Origin: Camelus dromedarius
Taxonomy: Eukaryota
NCBI RefSeq assembly: GCF_036321535.1
Contig: NC_087437.1
Location: forward strand, 109,308,001 to 109,372,000
DNA length: 64,000 nucleotides
Reading direction: 5' to 3'
The notes under the pieces: generated by a model
The model's database searches: none
Seen by the model: the letters and a program-made list of their open reading frames with translations, nothing else
Told to the model about the DNA's origin: nothing
In this document: one piece after another, positions 14,440-26,302 of the stretch
How positions within the stretch are numbered: position 1 is the first letter of the stretch
Layout: each line of letters starts with the position of its first letter
Program-made: the position numbers and the translations under genes

Positions 14440-14810
14440 GTATCCATTCACCATCTTGTCTGGCATCTATTTACTGGGTGCTTACTCTGCGCTCAGCATC
14501 GTGCGAGGACCAGGGAATCGAGAGTGGACAAGCAAAGCTTGCAGATGGACATGCAAACAAATATGATGGTCTAACAAGAGTGATGATGGACGGAAGGAGA
14601 CTGGATTTGTGAGTCAGGGCCAGCAGACAGAGGCTGGTCCTTGAGCTGGGTCATAAATGGTGATCCAGAGGAGGCACTTCAGTCAGAGGCAAGAGAATTT
14701 GGAAGAAGCACATGGCAAGTTCAGGGAATGGCAGAAGGTTCAGTAAATGCCGGGATAGAGGCAGGAGGTAAGAGAGATGGCATTGGGAGTCAGGGCCCAG
14801 ATCACTAGGG
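14440..14810 (-). mobile_element. L2 fragment
   Basis: ccattcacc...tatttactgggtgcttactctgcgc...gtcagggcccagatcac. Confidence 0.55.
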
Positions 14811-16164
14811 ACCCTGCGTGTCCTGCTGAATGGTGTAGTTTCCAACGAAAGCTACAAATGAAGCCTGGCATCTCTCCACTATGTAGAATTTATATCAGTA
14901 GACAGTCTAAAAACATGTCTTCTAATTTGGGGATGATATCCCCTCTTGTGCCAGGTTAATGTAACTTATATAATAGAGTCCCAGGAATTGAGTTACCGAG
15001 GGAACTTATAATCTAACATGCATTTGTTTAACAAGTGCCCAGAGAGATAACACTATAACACACCCTATCATGTTTAAAATCTTCCTTAATTCTTCCTGTC
15101 TTTCTAGTTAGCATAACGCGCTGGAAGGTAGTTGGCTTGAGAGACCTGTCTGAAAGGCTTACTGGTTCTAAATGATGTGTGGAGTTATCAGGGACTAGTG
15201 CACACGCAACTACCTCTTTGCTCGGGAAGTTTACCTCCTGTAACAAATTTGATCTTCACCCCATAAATTCAGTCTGCTGACTTGCTCCTTTATGCTATTT
15301 CTGATTATAGTTTTGGAAATCATTTAGACAGTGATAGTTACTAAAGGAAAGGACTGGGGGAAGTTTTTGGACCAAGTGACTTAAAAGCCAAAAGCTGAAA
15401 AGTTTCATTGTATTAGGTTCTCATTGAAAGAAAAGATCTGCGTTTTCTCATTTCTGCACGTTTTAGTTTGTCTTAGCATTTCCTCATCTGGTCCTTCAGC
15501 AGGCTGGGGCATTGCTCCTGTTTACCAGCTTTCTCATCTCTGCAGGTGCCTACACTCTGCCAAAGGTAGTGTAAGTCGTCATGACTCAGGAGACAAAAGA
15601 AAGGATGAGCACAGGCTCCTAATGCATCCTTCCCTCTGCCCCCAGCTGTGGAGACTGAGAATGGGGAATTTGCTTTTTGGAGTAAATGAATGTAAAATGC
15701 TTTCTTGCCTTCAATGGGGTCCCTCATCTTACAGCTCATTATTTCTTTAAATGTATATAAATAAGACTTGGTAATTTCACCTTCTTTTGCAACTTAAGTA
15801 CATGCAAAAAGGTGCTTGGGGTGCTCCAGTGTGTTTAATCCCAGCTTTCATGTGGTCTCCTGCCTCTCCTTGCACTGGTACAAGATAGAAGGAAACCAGC
15901 TGTTTTCTAGTTAAGGATCAAGGTGATCAGGATGGCGATTCAGGACATAACCACGATCGCTGCAGGGAGAGGAGCGGCTGCGTGATGCTTTCCTATTAGG
16001 CACAGTATGTCTGATCGAGGTAGCTGTCAGAAAGGGTACTTCATGTCATGCAGATCTGTGATTTCTTTGTTGTTGTTGCTTCTGTTGCCAGTTTTAAATT
16101 CCTGGCATCACCCTCAGTAAAATGGAACGAGGGCTGTTATGAGTGGTCCATTCCAATAGTAAGA

Positions 16165-16375
16165 GAATAGCTAATATTTCAGATTCTTACTATGTTCCTA
16201 CTTACTCTTCTCAAGTATTAACTTTACTCTTTATCCTCAAAATAATTATGTGAGATAGAAGGTGTTATTCCCATTTTACAGATGAGAAAACTGAGACACA
16301 GGGAGTTTAAGTAACTTGTCCAGATTACATTGCTCATAAATGTTAGTGGAGCTGGAATTTAAACTCAAATAATGA
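16165..16375 (-). mobile_element. MIR SINE
   Basis: attcccattttacagatgagaaaactgagacacagggagtttaagtaacttgtcc. Confidence 0.85.
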
Positions 16376-16379
16376 TGAT

Positions 16380-16545
16380 GCCAGGAGTAGGATGAGGTAA
16401 GAGAGGTGCCTAGGGCGCAAAATTAAAGGAAGCACTCCTTCTCAGTCTCCTGTAAGTGCAGGGTTCAAATCTGAAAGTTAGTGCCTCTTTAAATTGTGTG
16501 CCCAAGGCACTTCTTTGCTGCTTGCCACATCCCAGTCTCAGCCTC
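16380..16545. mobile_element. Palindromic hAT MITE (MER91-like) directly abutting the MIR
   Basis: Internal inverted repeat tgcctagggcgcaaaattaaag ... ctttaaattgtgtgcccaaggca. Confidence 0.7.
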
Positions 16546-17386
16546 GCAAATAACCTTGGTTTGGAGCCTGGGTAGTGTTAACCTTCATACCTCCTGCCTC
16601 TCTGGTCCTGACCCTTATGGACCAGAGTCAACCTTCAATGAAGAAGTAGATTGAAGAGCCCGAAAAAGGGTCAGTAGGTACTGAAGAGACCAGCAGAGAT
16701 AAAGCCCAAAGTAGGTATCTTTCTTCATATTTCTCCCTTGCTCTTAGCTGGGCATCCTTCTCTTGGACTGTGCTCCCTGCCATTCTTCTCTTTCATGGCT
16801 TTGTCTCACCCCAGCCTCCTCCAGTACAGAGAGAAATAAAGATACTCTTCACTTGAGAGGTAGATGTCTGTATCCCACAGAGAAAACATTAGAGCAGCAT
16901 CACCGTGTATGGTGTATCCTCAGACAGACCTGGCTGTCCTCAAGTTCTTTATTTCCTTTTGTCAAATCCAGACATACTCTGAGGTGTGTGTCGGGGTCAA
17001 AGGTAATCCAAGGATTTATATCAATAAAGCATCTCAGGATCTTAGAACAGGATCTGGTGAAGGGAAATCAAACTGCCTTAGAGAAAAGGAAAGGGTGCCC
17101 AGGATTTCAGGGAACAGTGAGTACTGTACCCTTGGAAATCCTTTCATTTATGTGGTATGTTTTGAAAGGGACCAGATTTTTCCAGTTAGCTGACAAATGG
17201 TGAAATAATCAGTGTATCATTAGGACAGAGGGGTCCTCCTGTTCAGTCCCATAGAACCCACGACTAAGGAAACCACTGGGACTATGGGATGACAATATGG
17301 GAACTATGTCTGGACCAACCTACCTACCCCTTGACCCACAGGTGATAGAATAAGCACCTGTGAGTATCACGAACACGTGTGGAGGG

Positions 17387-17405
17387 CCAGCAGCAGGTGG
17401 CGCCA
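17387..17405 (+). promoter_or_regulatory. Candidate CTCF site
   Basis: GCAGCAGGTGGCGC matches the CCASYAGRKGGCRS core at 13/14 positions; CpGs are retained locally. Confidence 0.5.
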
Positions 17406-17659
17406 GCGCTGAAATGAAGGAAGGTGAATGTTATGATCTGTTAACTACTTAAAGTTTCTCATCATCACGTTGGAAAGTTCCTGATAGTTCTTCTAGACAA
17501 AACTTTACCAGCGAACTCCCAGCAGACTGACTGGCAACGCCTTCTTTTCCCTTACAGACATCATGCCAACAGAGCCCTATGGGAAGGACCTCGCCAAATG
17601 GGCAAGGCCAGCAGCGCTAAGCCAAAGGAAGAACTGAGTAGTGAGCGAGCAGCACTTGC

Positions 17660-17803
17660 CTCTTTGATCAGGTTCATAAATCTGGGTCCAAGGCGCCATG
17701 GCTTGTGTCGATGGCACTGCAGGGAGCTGACAGTCAGCTGGGAAGCCCGGTGGGAGGCAATGGCCACCATGTACACAGCATCATACATCAGGGCCGCTTC
17801 AGT
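17660..17803 (-). CDS. GRIK1: GRIK1 exon 7 (144 bp): [48 protein letters not shown]
   Basis: Acceptor TCTCCTCCACAG|ACT. Similarity ends at GAG|GCAAGT, a GC-type donor; phase 0/0. Confidence 0.95.
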
Positions 17804-19744
17804 CTGTGGAGGAGAACACACACCACATGCTCAATTCCACCTTTGCTTACCTTCCTTTACCTGTGCAATCACCCTGCTTGCCTCCTTATCCCCTATTTGT
17901 CTGACTCACCAGCCATTTATTCCCCAGCTAAGTTTTGCTCTCCAATAGCTATTTTTCTCTAAAATGATACTTCATACTCCAGAGTAAATTGTAGTCATAG
18001 CTCTGCTTTGTTTTAAGTTCTTAAAAAAAAATAACTCAGACCAGCCACAAAAGATTTGATACAGGGAACACATATTTTTGGAGTGTCTTATGTTAAGCAT
18101 AGTGTTCTGATCAACTACATTGAGGTGGAAGCTACAAAAGCTCCATATTTGAATATCGGATTTTGTTTCTCGGTATTTACCTGACTCTGTTTATCCATCT
18201 ATGTCCTTATTTACATTTGGTAGAAAGAAAGTGTTGGGAGTAAAACTAACGTGGTTTCCAGGTAAGGATACTCATGTTGGTCACTTCCATTTACCAGAGT
18301 CAAGAAGGTTGCAGTCATGGAATGAGACTCAACAGCAGATTTGGGGAGACCCTCTGAAGAACAGACATGTGTAACTTGCTCAGAAATTGTATGTTCTTGT
18401 TAGCACTTGCTTTCCTGATAGAGACTTCAAGTAGTCATTCCTTTTGTGGGCTGGGCGTGTAGTTCCTTGATTCCTCATGAAATTTCTCTCATCTGCAAAA
18501 TTTCACATAATACCTCCAGCATTTTGTACACTCTCCTGCCCTATGGTTTTCTTGAAGGATAAAATCTTATAATACTTTCATATTTTACTTGAGGGTTTTC
18601 ATAGCAACTTCGAACATATTAGCTCACTTGAAACTCTTGATAACCCCACCAAATAAAGCAGAACAGATGGATAAAACTTTATTATGTAGGACACCGACCT
18701 GTAGACGGTATATTGATTTGTGTAGGGTCACACATGTAGCCAATAATTGGTAGCGTTAAACCAAGAATCCAGGTCATAGAAGGAAGACTATCACGTGGTT
18801 TTCCGAAATCAATGGATTCATTCAACATTTACTGTGCATTTTTGAACATGTCTTGATGGAGGTAGAAAGAGAAGATAAGGGGAACTCCATCTTGCATTCC
18901 GTCAGTTTTTGAGTCCAGAGAATATCTCTGCGTTGAATACTTACTATTCTGTGCAATCGCTAAAATTGCATTTTCCACGCAGTAGCGTCGTAGCCATTTG
19001 TTTTCACATCTGTTTCTCAGTAAGAATGTAGGTTTCTTTGTAGAAACTGCTCAACTTCATTTTCTTAGTGGCTAGCACAGTTCTTGGCACATAAAAGTTG
19101 TTTGATAAATGTTTACTGAAGGAATTAATGTTATTTCATGCTTAAAATAAAATATACTTTTGTGAGAACTGTATAATTTCAAGGTTTTATGCTGTGTTTC
19201 TAAACAAGTCCCATCTGCAGTTCTTCACGGTACCTGCTGAGCTATTGAAGGGTGCACATGATGAACTGTTCCACTCATATTTGCAAGATTGACATGTAGA
19301 AGTTAGATTGGTGATGGTGGTGATGATTGTTAAAGCTTTAAAATATTCTGATGATTTCAGTTCAAAACTGATATAATCCATTTTGCAGATGAGAAAGCTG
19401 AGGTTCAGGGGAATTAAGTGACTACTATAAGGCCACCCTCAATCTACTGACAGAATGAGACTTTTATAACAATCAATAACAATAGCTGACATTTGTTGAG
19501 CACTTATTATATGTCAGGTGCCATTCTAAATATTTTGCAAAACATTGAATCTTCACCATAACCTGCATGCCTTTATGGGTAAAGAACTGGCAAGGTTCAG
19601 TGGGGTCCCCAAACTGGTGGTGGGAAAGCCAAGATTCAAATGCAGGGAGTTGGTGCTAGAGTTCATGCTGCCAACTGCAAAGCTGAGCTGCCTCTAAACC
19701 AAGTGTTTGTCTGGTGATTTAATGATTATAACAACAGATCAACA

Positions 19745-19990
19745 AAGGTCAGTATTCATTGACAATTAACTACATAACGGGCACTGTAAGTATTTTACAG
19801 ATGTTATCACCTTTAATTACTAAAATTAAGCCTTTGAAGTAGGTTTTGTCCCCATTTTATGGAGAGAGAAATTGAGGCTTGGAAGTTTACAGAATAACGT
19901 CAATCACTTGCCTAGAGTTATGTAGCCAGTTGCAGGGAACGAGGATCCCATCTCAGGGTGGAAGCTTAACTTCCAGAACTCATGTCTTTC
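19745..19990 (-). mobile_element. MIR SINE (further MIR pieces at about 19380-19690)
   Basis: cccattttatggagagagaaattgaggctt...cacttgcctagagtta; ccattttgcagatgagaaagctgagg. Confidence 0.7.
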
Positions 19991-20641
19991 ATCATCATGT
20001 GATGGGGGCTTGGACATGCTTAGCAGCGGAATATTCCTTTTTTATTTTTTTACACCTTTGTATGTATATTCACTAAGTGGCTGATTGGTTGATTTGACAG
20101 AGAAGTGTGAGGAGAGGAATTCCAATGATCTAACTTTTCCATTAACTTAAAGACTAGGATTTTAACTTTCTTTATCAACGTTGTCTCTACACTGGGCTGG
20201 GTAAGAACATGGTTCAAAAACATAGGTCTGATCAATGCTTTTCAAATTCAAAGAAGAAAATTATTTATCCTAAAACTATGCTGCCCCTTGTCATACAATG
20301 CTTTCTTAGATTGAAGAGATGTTTACTCCAAGTTTTTTTTTATTTATAGCATAATAAACTACCACTGAATTTCCTCCCCTTTCCAGTTTTGTGCTAGAGG
20401 TCTATTTGCCAAACAACAACTCTCAAGTCATTTTAGGTAAATTAAAAAAAAAAAGTTGGCTTGTATTTCAAATTTTATTTTTCCAAATGTGTTTGTGTTC
20501 ACGTTTTATTTACGTCTAAAGCCTGGATGACACCACAGATGCTCAATGCCTCTAAGAGAATCTTTTTACAACAATATGGATCACGAAACAAGCATACAGA
20601 AAGTGAGCTTCTCTCCAGTGCACAATGCTTGGGTTATTACA

Positions 20642-21225
20642 GTGATGCACAATAAAGGATTAACTCAAAGTGTTCAGACTCATCAAACCCTGCACATCCC
20701 AAAGGAAGGACTAGCCTTTCACTGGCTTCTGGGAGATTACCTCCTTGGAATACCCTGCCTGATCAGGGTATCTTTGGGTACTGTAGATAGTTTATGCTAA
20801 CAATGTGATTTACAGTGAATATTTGCTCACCGGGGGCTCTGGGCCGGGCCATATCAGTGTGACCTCTGGAGTGGCTGGAGACTAACGAAGCTGGGTGGGT
20901 GCTCTATGCTTATGTGACTGATTCCCCCCACCCATAAAATCCCCAAACACTGAGGCTCAGGTGAGCTTCCCTGGTTGGCAACACTTCATATGTGATATCA
21001 CACATCTTTGCTGAGAATATAAAGCACATCAGTGCAGCTCTCCTGGCAAAGAAGAAGCTCCTGCATGTTGCTCCTGGACTTGGTCTTTTGTGACTTTTTC
21101 CTTTGCTGATTTTAATCTGTATCCTTTGGCTGTAATAAATTGTAACTGTGAGTGTAACACCTTTTCTGACTTCTGTGAGTCCTTCTAGCAAATCATCACA
21201 TCTGAATGTGGGCTTGGGGATGCCA
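20642..21225 (+). mobile_element. Solo LTR, MER21C-like
   Basis: gatagtttatgctaacaatgtgattta; gaggctcaggtgagcttccctggttggcaacact; ctttgctgattttaatctgtatcc...gtaataaa...ttctgtgagtccttctagcaaatca. Confidence 0.75.
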
Positions 21226-23504
21226 AGGCAAACCAGTGAGATGCTGTATCACCTTAGGGTGAGGACTAACCAAACAACATGGCCTTACAGAGTCCCCACA
21301 TTTTTTTGCCTGCCTGGTATATAACTGTTGTTGGAAAAAGCTAGAAGAGACCAGGGTGCTGAAGGGAGACCTAATCTTTGGAAAGCAAATGAGCAAAAGG
21401 TATAGATTCTCCATCTCTCCATATTTGGAAATATTCTCACCTAACCTGGCATGGATGGACAAGTCAGTTCTCTAGGAGGGAAATACTATCAAATAACACC
21501 TCATTCCCTTCATTTCCTGAACTTCTTTTCTTACATAGTATTCACAGTTTCCTCTGCTACGATGCAAATATCTCACCCACAGCAGAGAGCTAGCAGGAAT
21601 TTTCCTCTTAGTGTGAGTTAGCTGGTTTCTCTCTTTTCTGAGATGTGCCTCTTGAAATGATGAGGATTCTGATACGGATAGGAAGGCCAGCGTTTTGCCT
21701 CCATGAGCCCTACAAGGGAGCACAGGCTGGTGGGGGTGGATGCTTCTGACGGAGCCAAAGTGGTGGGAGAGGCGAAGAGCACTCAGGAAGCTAAGAAGAG
21801 CAACCTGCAAATGAGCTGGGGTTTGGAAACAGGTTGTGCAAAATAGTGAGGATATTACCACGTACTCACAATCTAGAAATGCAGTAACTAGGACAACAGC
21901 TCCAGCAGGTCCAGTGAGGCCAGCACAGAGGCTGGCACATTGTGAATCCCAGTGAGTATTTGCCAGCTTTTGAAAGAGACAGGGGTAGGGAAAACAGGAC
22001 TGTATGTGGAGTTGGAAAACAGACCTGGGTGATTCCACTGGTCATACAGGGTCACACAGGTCTCAGCTAAGAGGCCTTTTTGGGCTACATGTGCAAATTG
22101 AGGAATGTTAACAAATGGGTTCTGCCTTGAACAGGACACAATAAGGATTCTGCCTCTGTATTTCAGAATGTCTTTTGTTCTTCTTTTAGTGACTACAAAT
22201 TGGCCAAACAGCAGGTAGCGTCAAGTAAATTCAATTCTGTTTCCTGAAGGCTTTGTATATGTCACCTAATTTAATCAGCAAAGTAACATTATAAAGTATT
22301 ATTATACAGATTTACACATGAGCAAGCAGGCTCAGACAGGTTAAATAACAGGTTATTTAGTTATTTAGGGGTATAGCAAGGACTGAAAATTAGGTTTCCT
22401 TTATCTGGAAAGATCTTGCTTTTTCTACCAAAGCCCACTGCTTCCTGTCCCTCATCACAGCGGTAGCAGTGGTCACGCAAGGTGGATGCTCAAGTTGGAC
22501 ACTCAAAATTGTCTTCTCCGTGGATCATGATTATAAGAAGCACTTACATGTAAGATAAGGGTGCTGACTTAACTTCATGTTGTGAATGCATCTGAAGAGC
22601 TGGGAAGGCAGATAACAGAATGATGGAGAAGCACCCATCTGAGAACGGACCACTCCATCACCCCAGTCTATCCAAAAGCCAATAGGTCGAATTAGCCCAA
22701 GTGCTGAGAGAAATTTATACATAGCGAAAAAGAATGAAGTTGATTTTACAAAATCACTCCAGACTTCTACCAAGTTAATTAATACTTCAGTTGATGAAAC
22801 CTCCTAGCCTTTTTAAAAAAAATCTCAAGATGTTTTAAATAATGAGTTTCACTATTTTTGAACTCTATTAACTCAGTCACAGGTTTCTTAACTAACTTGA
22901 ATTTTATGCCTGTTTTTAAAGTTAATATTTTTCTTTTAATTAAAGCCATGGTTCTTAAGTCTGAAGTCAAAATTTTTGGATTTAGACAATGACTTATTTA
23001 TTTTCAGGTTTGGATGTGTTTTGACACAATAGTGTTCTTTGAAGATGTTTTCAAGTGTACAGAGCTCTAAGAAATTCTTAATAGTTAAAATATTAAAGAG
23101 GAAAATGAGTAAGTAGATGGGAAGTAAAAATACATATGTTAAACAAAACCCTGTGTTTTATATGCATGTGGACATCTATATATGTATGTGGCACAGACAA
23201 AAATATGACTATACAGGGCTACAGGTAAATTCACTTCAGAGAATGGTGGATAATGCGTGTGATTTTGGAGAAAGCGATCCTATTGTAGTAAGGGTATTAC
23301 TTAAATATTAATAGTGGTTAGTCTATGGTTATTTTTTGAAATAATATTGCTTTAGAATAATCTCTGTCTTTACTAATCATTCTTATTTCTTATTTATAGA
23401 GGCTTTCTTTGGACTTTTGCAGAATTATTTCAGGGCTACTTGGATGTTTTTCATTTAACATCTTGAGTCCTAGTAGAAACTAAATTCATATTTATTTAGT
23501 ACAT

Positions 23505-23830
23505 TAATTCCTTTATTAAATACATGTTTATTGAAGGCCTGCTTTGTGCAAGCCCTTTCCTGGTGCTGAGGATAGAGCCAAGCACAACAAGACAAGGTTT
23601 ATAACTTCATGAAGTTTACATTTTCATAGGAAAAGGCATAAACAAACAAGTCTAAATACAACACATTAAATCATAAGGGCCACAAAGAAAAGTGAAGCAT
23701 GTTAGGGGAGAGGGGATAACAGGGGAGTGGTTCATAGAAGGCCTCTCCAGTGAGGCAGCATTTGAGCAAACCTGAATAGGGGAAGGTTCTAGGAATTGGA
23801 AGCAGCAAATGCTAGAGAGGCAAGAACAAA
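23505..23830 (-). mobile_element. L2 3' fragment
   Basis: tttattgaaggcctgctttgtgcaagccc...gaaggcctctccagtgaggcagcatttgagc. Confidence 0.65.
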
Positions 23831-24340
23831 AGAAATGCAGGACCTGAGCTATATATACACATACCTATAATAGACCCAGTAGGATTGAAACCAGAGGGCT
23901 TTTTATCTTTAAGGCAGAGAAGAAAGAGTTTGAAGACAGAGGCAATTTGAGTGCAGATTTGTTATCCCTAGTCCCGGGCTTGGAGACTCGGGGTGTGCTC
24001 TCCCAACTCAATGATCAGTCCATCGGGTGCCCTTCTACCTGCCCTTTAACCTTTCTGTGACTCTGTTTCTACACCCCCAAATCAGCCACCTCGACTAGAT
24101 GCCAAAAGGAAACAGTGAACTGCAAAACGGACTCTTTGGATAAATACAGGTCAGCATTATGTTCCACGGGATCAGTTTCAAAGCTCTGTCTGCATGACTA
24201 TGGGAGCCAACGTCACGTGGGCACTGAGAGCTACCGCTTACTTTGGACCCATATTGTTGTGACCTGCCCGAGCTGCTCTGCTCACTTACAGCGCCTGGCG
24301 AACTGCCCTCCTCGAAGTCCCCATCTTCCTTTCTGTAGTT

Positions 24341-24400
24341 TAATAATAATGATGATGATGATGATAATTAATAATAATAATAATAGTAGTAATAATAACA
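24341..24400. repeat. Compound (AAT/GAT/AGT)n trinucleotide repeat
   Basis: taataataatgatgatgatgatgataattaataataataataatagtagtaataataac. Confidence 0.9.
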
Positions 24401-24824
24401 GCAACAGTCATAGCAGAAACCCCGCGGGTCGGGTGAGAAGACAGTAATAGATTCTAGACCAGAATGGGGTCTCGTCCATCCACAGGGACTCGGCTCTGCC
24501 ATGCTCCCTGCTGTTTGCCATGCTTCATGCCAGGCCTGACCGGGTGTGAGTGGCATGGCCTGTCCCCCTCGTTCAGTGGTTTCCCTCGTCTTAGTCCTTG
24601 TGTACAAACTGTTCTGTCACCTCAGTATAACTGAAGAGAACAGACACACTTTTTTCTTGGTAAGTTAATCCATACTTGTGATGAATGTTTAATGTTTGGT
24701 ATGATCCACAGTCTGTTGATATAGCTCCAAACTATAACTCTTTTAGTGAAACATATCAAACCATATTTGAGCACAATGGAATTAGAAATCCAGAAGGAAG
24801 AAGAGAAAAACCAACATATTAGCA

Positions 24825-24918
24825 TCTCTCTCTATCTGTCTCTCTCTTTCCCCCTCTTTCCCTCCCTCCCTCCCTCCTTCTCTTTCTCTTTCTTTCTTTC
24901 CCTTTCCTTCTTCCCTTT
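24825..24918. repeat. CT-rich simple repeat
   Basis: tctctctctatctgtctctctctttccccctctttccctccctccc... Confidence 0.85.
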
Positions 24919-26128
24919 CAGAAGCCTCGTGTTTCCCTGGATATTCTCCACTTATGCTTATTCAAAGCAACGTTTCCAATCATCCCAAGGCTCATTTGTA
25001 CAAAAATGTTTTCCATCAGTATCACTCAGATCGCTTTGTATATTTTAGGAGATATTTCAGGTTTAAAAAACAGTCAGGGACCTTGAACATAGGATCATCC
25101 AGAACCACTTAGTTTATTCATTTCTTTCTTTCTTTTTTTTTTTTTTCACTTGTTCCTCATTTTAAAAAAAGGTAGAAAAAGAAAAGGAATCCCAAGTTTA
25201 TTTCTCTGTGAGATGATACCTTTCAGTTATCGGTAAATTGCATCTTAAAAGCAAGTGTGCTTCTCCCGATGTTGGGAACAGAGAATGAAACACTATGCCA
25301 ATTTAAAACGCTATTACCTGCCCACACTCCCAATATCTTTTCCCTTGGATGACACTGTTCCGACACAGAAATCTTTTTTTTTTATTTCCTGCAATTTTCT
25401 TCCATCACACAGGGAGCTTCATTAGAGAAGTAAAGCAAAGGTGGGTGCGTTTGACAACAAGAGACAAATGATGTTACTGGGACGCTCTGTGATGAGGCAG
25501 TTTGCAATGTATCTGTTCAGCAGAGCACCTCTCTCTCCTCAGGAGGCAGCCTTGGCATCTGCTTTGTGAGCAACATACGGTTGGTGTGAAGCACTGTCAG
25601 CGTCTGCAAAGGTGTGCCTCCAGGTACCCAGGACAGGAAGAATGTGAGTGCGCTGCCTGTATGGGAATTTGGACCTTTCTGCATGTGCTTCTGCTGGCTG
25701 AAAGGTGGCAGAAGCGAGGAAGGCACACTGGTTCTGCAGAACTTTCATAGGCAACGTGCTTTCCCTTAACACTCCTTCCTACCCAAGGCCACATTCCCAG
25801 GGGGAACCCTCTCCCTACTTACCCTTGCTTTGGTTTCTGCTTTGTCTCCATTTGGCTGACAGTAGTGGCTACTCATGTTAACTGTTTGTTTTGTTTCGTT
25901 TTGCTGTTTTTATCTGAGTCCATTACTGTCAGGAAGCTGAAAATAGCAGTTTTTGATAGTAGCCATGCACAGGCTTTCAAAATACATAAAACCTTTCCTT
26001 CTTCTCTCATACAAGTCGAGGCGCAGGTTGTAACACTTTTTCCTCGCACTATAGAAGGCATACGAGATTCTTAACCTAACCTCTAAGAAAGTCAATCTCT
26101 CAGATGATTTTATTTTAAAACTACTTAC

Positions 26129-26302
26129 TGTCATCATGCCATCCAAAAGGCCAGTCTCGGGCCTGGGTGGGGCCTGCAGTCTCTCCATGGACCACTTCTC
26201 AATGATGGATGACACGTAGGGGTTGTCAATATTAAGCAGCCGAAACCCAGTCATATTAACACCACTGTACCTATAGAGTTCCAGATCTAAAGCAAATAAG
26301 TC
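26129..26302 (-). CDS. GRIK1: GRIK1 exon 6 (174 bp): [58 protein letters not shown]
   Basis: Acceptor CTGCGCAG|GAC, donor ACA|GTAAGT; phase 0/0. Confidence 0.97.

Noticed and set aside
1..17500. Search for GRIK1 exon 8 (ARWDGLTG...) and the Q/R editing site
   Set aside because: Not found on reading; they must lie beyond coordinate 1.
21472..22038. Longest ORF in the track (188 aa, minus strand)
   Set aside because: No recognisable domain or exon-like splice structure; composition fits random intronic or LTR-adjacent translation.
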